Below, piece by piece: positions 39,317 through 44,133 of a stretch of DNA of 44,133 nt (position 1 is its first letter; every line of letters starts with the position of its first letter). The notes beneath the pieces were generated by a model, which saw only the letters and a program-made list of their open reading frames with translations, was not told the origin of the DNA and did not search any database. Both the position numbers and the translations under genes were made by a program. Source of the stretch: Nemertoderma westbladi (Eukaryota > Animalia > Xenacoelomorpha); assembly GCA_032718475.1 (NCBI GenBank), contig JAUCBJ010002100.1, positions 1 to 44,133 on the forward strand, read 5' to 3'.

Positions 39317-40357
39317 TATTATATATATATATATCTATATAATGCTGCTGCGATGCAGCATGCCGATCGTAGTAGTAGTAGTAGAAGTAGGTCTATCTAG
39401 ATACATTAAATTTGTACCACTTTTTTAATGACTATAAAAGATGCGACTATCAACGGCGCGTTATATGTCTGATCCGTCGTAGATATGTCTTGATTTATTA
39501 CATTATATTACATTGTTAGAGAATATAGGCCTATACACTAACTTATGAATTTCTCACTAAATCTTTTAGGGGGGGGGGGGGGGGGGGCAAGCGCCGCCCT
39601 ATTTTGAAATTTATCAAATTTTTTATGATCCTATCTATCCTTTGCCGAATTTAATGGAGATTTCAAAATCAATTTATTGGCTAAAACGTAAAGGCAAGTC
39701 TGTATTGAAAAGCATTTATATGAAATGGCTCCAATTCAATTTCAGCCAAAGTTGCTCAATAGCATTTATTGGATGCAACCATGAATTTAACCCTTTATTT
39801 GAATTTTCAAGAAATTAGCATATTTGGTAAAAAGGCATTTTAATGAACAATTTTTTAAATTTGTAAAAAAAATGGATCGATTTCAATTTGGATAATAATA
39901 TAAAACCACTCATTCACCCAAAAACACTAATAAGACAATTTACCGATACTGTCAATAACTAGTCAAGAATGATAAGAATAACTTGTAATTGCTAGTCCAT
40001 TGTCATTGATATTTTTACAAAATATTACACGTACAAATTATTTTACAGGGCCTATCTATAAATACCTATCATATTATTATGTAAATTACACCAAAAATAA
40101 TAACTTTTCTTATCATAATGTTATAATAATAACATTATAATAATATATTTTCAACACATGTTTTGTAATAATGACACTTCCTTTCAAACAATAGTTAGTT
40201 CACTTCTTAAAAGTTATATTTTAATAATAAATAGGGGTTGGAATGTACAATATATTAAATGGCCATGTTCCGTATGATAAATCAGTTGGCAAATTACAGT
40301 ATGCACCAGAATAATATGGACATGGTGTTGGAATTTATGAAAAACATTCAAAAATAC

Positions 40358-40517
40358 TCATAACTCCTCCATGTTTAAAGATCCCAGGATTCTTGGTGGT
40401 CTTGGATACCTCGGAGATAGTGGAGTCTTTGGTAACCAGCTGTCATTATCTTCCAACAATGGTGATGGTACTCTGTCTGGAACTTCAGAAACAGTGGTGT
40501 TATTTATAGGACCCAAC
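40358..40517 (-). CDS. Possible terminal exon of an unidentified host gene, convergent with the ENaC gene
   Basis: ATTTCTTCTAG acceptor followed by an open frame LGPINNTTVSEVPDRVPSPLLEDNDSWLPKTPLSPRYPRPPRILGSLNMEEL*. GC-richer island in very AT-rich flanks. No family recognised. Confidence 0.4.
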
Positions 40518-40809
40518 CTAGAAGAAATATTTTCATATAATAGAAAATATATATAATATAATAATATACTACTGTAATATAATACAATAAGATAATAGAA
40601 AAACGTTTTCACCCATTATGGTTTATTGTTTCTTTTTTTTAATGTTTACAAGCTGAAATTGGAATTGTAGATTACAATTTCTCGCAACAAACAATTATAC
40701 ATTAACTGTTGGCAGAATGTGTATCACCACAGTTTATGGATGACATAATATTATTTAAATGAGAGAATTACTATTGACCACCACCATCCACTGATCCACT
40801 TAGTTTGTT

Positions 40810-41090
40810 AAAAGTAAAAGTAAAGTAAATTTTCTTCGGCCGCTAGGCCAGGGATTACGCACAAAGTCTGACGACTTATTTCCAGTGCGGTCCCCCCAGA
40901 ACTTTACTCCCCAGAGGAAACTCCAGTACTCATTTAGCTACCACTTAAGGATGCAAGGCAGAGATGCGCCCTGGCTGGTCCCTTTAAAGCATTCGTGCCG
41001 AAACGAAAACTGCCCTGGCCCATGTGAGGATCGAACCCACGACCTACAGGAGATGTGAATTCAATGCGACCACTACACCAAGGTGGAACC
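40810..41090 (-). mobile_element. tRNA-derived SINE with a Deu/Nin-like central domain
   Basis: A box TGGTGTAGTGG, B box GGTTCGATCC, core CTCTGCCTTGCATCCTTAAGTGGTAGCTAAATGAGTAC resembling the Deu/Nin conserved domain, and a (TTTAC)n-like tail. Confidence 0.8.
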
Positions 41091-41515
41091 TTCTTTGTTC
41101 CCTTTGAATGTCTGAAGAAATGTTTAGATGGAGTTTTTGCCCTCTAAGGTTCATCATAGATGTATAATAAATGCTATATTTAATATTATATTATTAGCTT
41201 GTAATATTTATTATATTATTATTAGTTTATTATTTATTATTATTTGTTTATATTATTAGTTATTATTCCGGGAAACATCGTTCCATCAGAACTTCGAAAC
41301 CCCGGTTCGACAGAGAGGTTCTTGCTTCAGCAGAAACTAAACAATGCTCGTAAAACTTCTGGACTCCAATAATGTTGGTCCTGGTGATCACGAGTATATG
41401 GTCAAATATAACACAAATAAAAAGTTGTAATTAAGTCAAAGTGGAGACTATTTTCAGTTACAGCTCAACGGGAACATGGCCCTAAATAGTATTGGAATAT
41501 ACTAATCGGCAACAT

Positions 41516-41842
41516 GGCCTCCATACTTGGGACAATGGACCCCGCCCTTTCTGACGGCCTCCATACTTGGGACAATGGGCCCCGCCCTTTCTGACGGCCT
41601 CCATACTTGGGACAATGGACCCCCGCCCTTTCTGACCGCCTCCATACTTGGAACAATGGACCCCGCCCTTTCTGACGGCCTCCATACTTGGGACAATGGA
41701 CCCCGCCCTTTCTGACGGCCTCCATACTTGGGACAATGGGCCCCGCCCTTTCTGACGGCCTCCATACTTGGGACAATGGACCCCCGCCCTTTCTGACCGC
41801 CTCCATACTTGGAACAATGGACCCCGGCCTTTCTGACGGCCT
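41516..41842. repeat. 40/41-bp minisatellite, 8 units arranged as a duplicated tetramer
   Basis: Unit GGCCTCCATACTTGGGACAATGGACCCCGCCCTTTCTGAC; the variants of units 1-4 recur in units 5-8. Confidence 0.95.
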
Positions 41843-42181
41843 CTACGAGGTTCTGTCACGACCCTCCTCCCCCGCCATGGACGGATAGCATTTTCATTTG
41901 TACTTTTAATTTTTTTCTTTATTAACTAATTGTAATGTACATATTATAGTCTTTTCTTTTTAATTATTTTTTTAGACTTACTTATTTAATTTTAATTTGT
42001 TTTTATTTCATTTTAATCTATTATATTTAGTATATTTATTTATTTATTTATAGTATTTTTCTTTTTAACCGACCTTTTAACCCTATTTTACTGAGTTCCG
42101 TTTCTTTTTTATAAACAGCCCCTATCGCTTTAATATTTTATATATAATTATTATATTATTAGGATGCTGGTGGCACCATAA

Positions 42182-44133
42182 TACTACTACTACTACTACT
42201 ACTAGGTCGAGCGAACTCGGACAGTGGAAATGAGATCCTTCCAGGCTTCCCGATTCTCCATAGTTGTCGCAATTTCGTTTCTCCCAAGTTCAGTATCCCT
42301 TTCAAGTTGATCTATATATGTTATGGCAGGTCGTCCACGACTACGCTTTCCATGAGTTGGTTGCCAGAGAAGTAGATCTGGTATGACCTCGTCTTTACTT
42401 CGCCAGCAGTGCCCACTGAATCTTAATCTGCGTTCACGGAGGGTGGTTGATACAGGTGGTATTGTACCATAAAGCTCGGCGTTTGTCATGTGTTGTCTCC
42501 AGCTGATATTTAGGGCTGCCCTTAGTAGTCTTGTGTAGCAACCATCAATTCGTTGTTCAAGTGATTTAGTCAGTGTCCAGGTCTCACCCCCGTATAAAAA
42601 TACACTTTCCACTGTGGCTCGAAAGAACTTAGTCTTCAGGTGCCTGGAGAGATCTGATTTCCAGATGGTATCCATTTTTGATAGAGCTACCCAAGCCTTT
42701 GCTTTCCTAACTTCTATGTCCTTTTTGCTACTCTCTATCCATGATCCAAGGTACTGGAAGTCATCGACCTTCCTTAGTTGATTATTATCAATGGTTGTCA
42801 AGTTTCCATCAACATTAAAGGTCATGAATTCGGTCTTGGTAGCATTTATATGCAATCCAACCTCCTTAGCAGCCCTCTCCACTTTATTTAGTAGAAGCTG
42901 TGCATCTGCTAGCGTATTAGAGAGCATTTTACCTCTATGGATGGAGTCGAATGCCTTCTTGAAGTGCACAAAAGTCATGACTGCGGGGAGATTCTTTGAC
43001 TTAATTCCTTCAATCAGTCTCCGTAGTGCAAGTATCTGAGCTATTGTTGATCTACTTGGTCGAAATCCGTTTTGGCTCTTACGCAGTAGTTTCTCTATGT
43101 GAGGCCTAATCCTATATAGAATCATTTTATTGTATATTTTGGCAGCTACCACAAGCAGACAGATCCCACGATAGTTTGTTGGTATGCCGAGGTCTCCTTT
43201 CTTGGGGAGAGGCTTTAGTTGACCTTTAGTCCAAATTGGTGGTGGCTTTTCCCCTTTTAACATCCGGTTGCAAACATTCAATAATGGTCTATTTAGCACT
43301 CCAGTTTTCCATACCTCCGCTGGGATTTCATCTAATCCACTCGCTTTATTATTGGACATGCTTTTAATGCTTCTTTGGAGTTCGGCAGGTGTGTGAAGTC
43401 CCCTGTTTCTATAGGTAGTGTCTTGTCATATATTTTCCTTGTAGGGCTGACCTCGATGTTTGGTGGCTGCCCAAGCAAATTGCTGAAGTGATTTTTCCAC
43501 TTCCCAACACGTTCTTCAGGACTATCGGCTTTGAGGCGCCCCTTTGCACAACTTTTCCGACCAGATACCTCATTTACAGTTTGCCAGGTAAGTCTTGATT
43601 GTTGCTGTATGTGAGCAGTTGTAATTGCTTCAGTTTTATCCTGTATGTACTTTTCCTGGCTGATGTTGTAGGCCAATTTAAGATCGTCCTTAGCTTTCTC
43701 AACCTTGTTAATGTTTTCGGTTGTTGGTTGTTCGGTTTTAACTTTGTAGGCTATCTTAAGATCTTCTCTCTTACAAGTAACCTCAGAGTTTTGCCATGGC
43801 ACATACTGTTTTCGTTTAGGTTTCTGGGGGATATGCCTCTTAGCTGATTCCTTGTGGGCTGTTATTATATTCTGGTATATTGAATCGGTGGATTGGTCTT
43901 CATCCATTGACTGAAGTGCTTCAAAGCGGTTTTGAACTTCTACTGTATAAGCATCCTTTACAGCATTGTCAGTTCTGAGTTTCTCCCAGTCATAGTTGAT
44001 TTGCTTGCTTGTCCTGGGTTTGCTGGCTCTCAAACTGAGTCTGATCTCTGCAGTCACAATTCTGTGGTCCGAACCAATTAGGTTGAACGAGCTGTATGCC
44101 TCGCAGTTGATCATGCTATTTCTCCACTTTTTG
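42182..44133 (-). mobile_element. RTE-clade LINE with (TAG)n tail and internal RT deletion; continues beyond the window
   Basis: End of the APE endonuclease (GSDHRIV), KASGLDEIPAEVWK, PKKGDL, NYRGICL, QNGFRPSRST, KAFDSI, FQYLGS, RLRFSGHC. The stop codon runs into (TAG)n. Confidence 0.93.

Noticed and set aside
39560-39900. Poly-G-led AT-rich segment resembling a second MITE end
   Set aside because: No matching opposite terminus or TSD found.
41010-41090. tRNA gene
   Set aside because: A and B boxes are present but I cannot fold a complete cloverleaf, and the sequence continues into a SINE core and tail.
41516-41842. CRISPR-like regular repeats and overlapping ORFs
   Set aside because: Units are contiguous with no unique spacers, there are no cas genes, and the context is eukaryotic.

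Overview
Repeat-dominated eukaryotic (metazoan-like) genomic DNA with no prokaryotic features. The window opens with a (GGTGTA)n array (1-683). It is followed by a decayed minus-strand BEL/Pao LTR retrotransposon with a 3' LTR at 684-1957, a PPT and gag-PR-RT-RNaseH-IN. Between integrase and the PPT lies an unusual 3.7-kb extra region carrying a roughly 800-codon non-env frame with zinc knuckles. A GNRA-tetraloop hairpin recurs seven times along the element. A younger 5'-truncated RTEX-like LINE sits in the element's 5' end, followed by a remnant of the 5' LTR and a ~16.8-kb (GGTGTA)n satellite with higher-order structure. About 70 bp past the satellite is the TM2-coding terminal exon of a DEG/ENaC/ASIC channel gene (missed by the ORF track), so the first 30.6 kb probably lie in one giant intron. 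The rest holds a MITE-like element with ~164-bp subrepeats, three RTE-clade LINE relics, a tRNA-derived Deu/Nin-type SINE, a near-canonical hammerhead motif, minisatellites and a possible convergent terminal exon. The long PT/YT/LH/GV/CR ORFs are artefacts of the hexamer repeat. All calls are by eye, without database searches.
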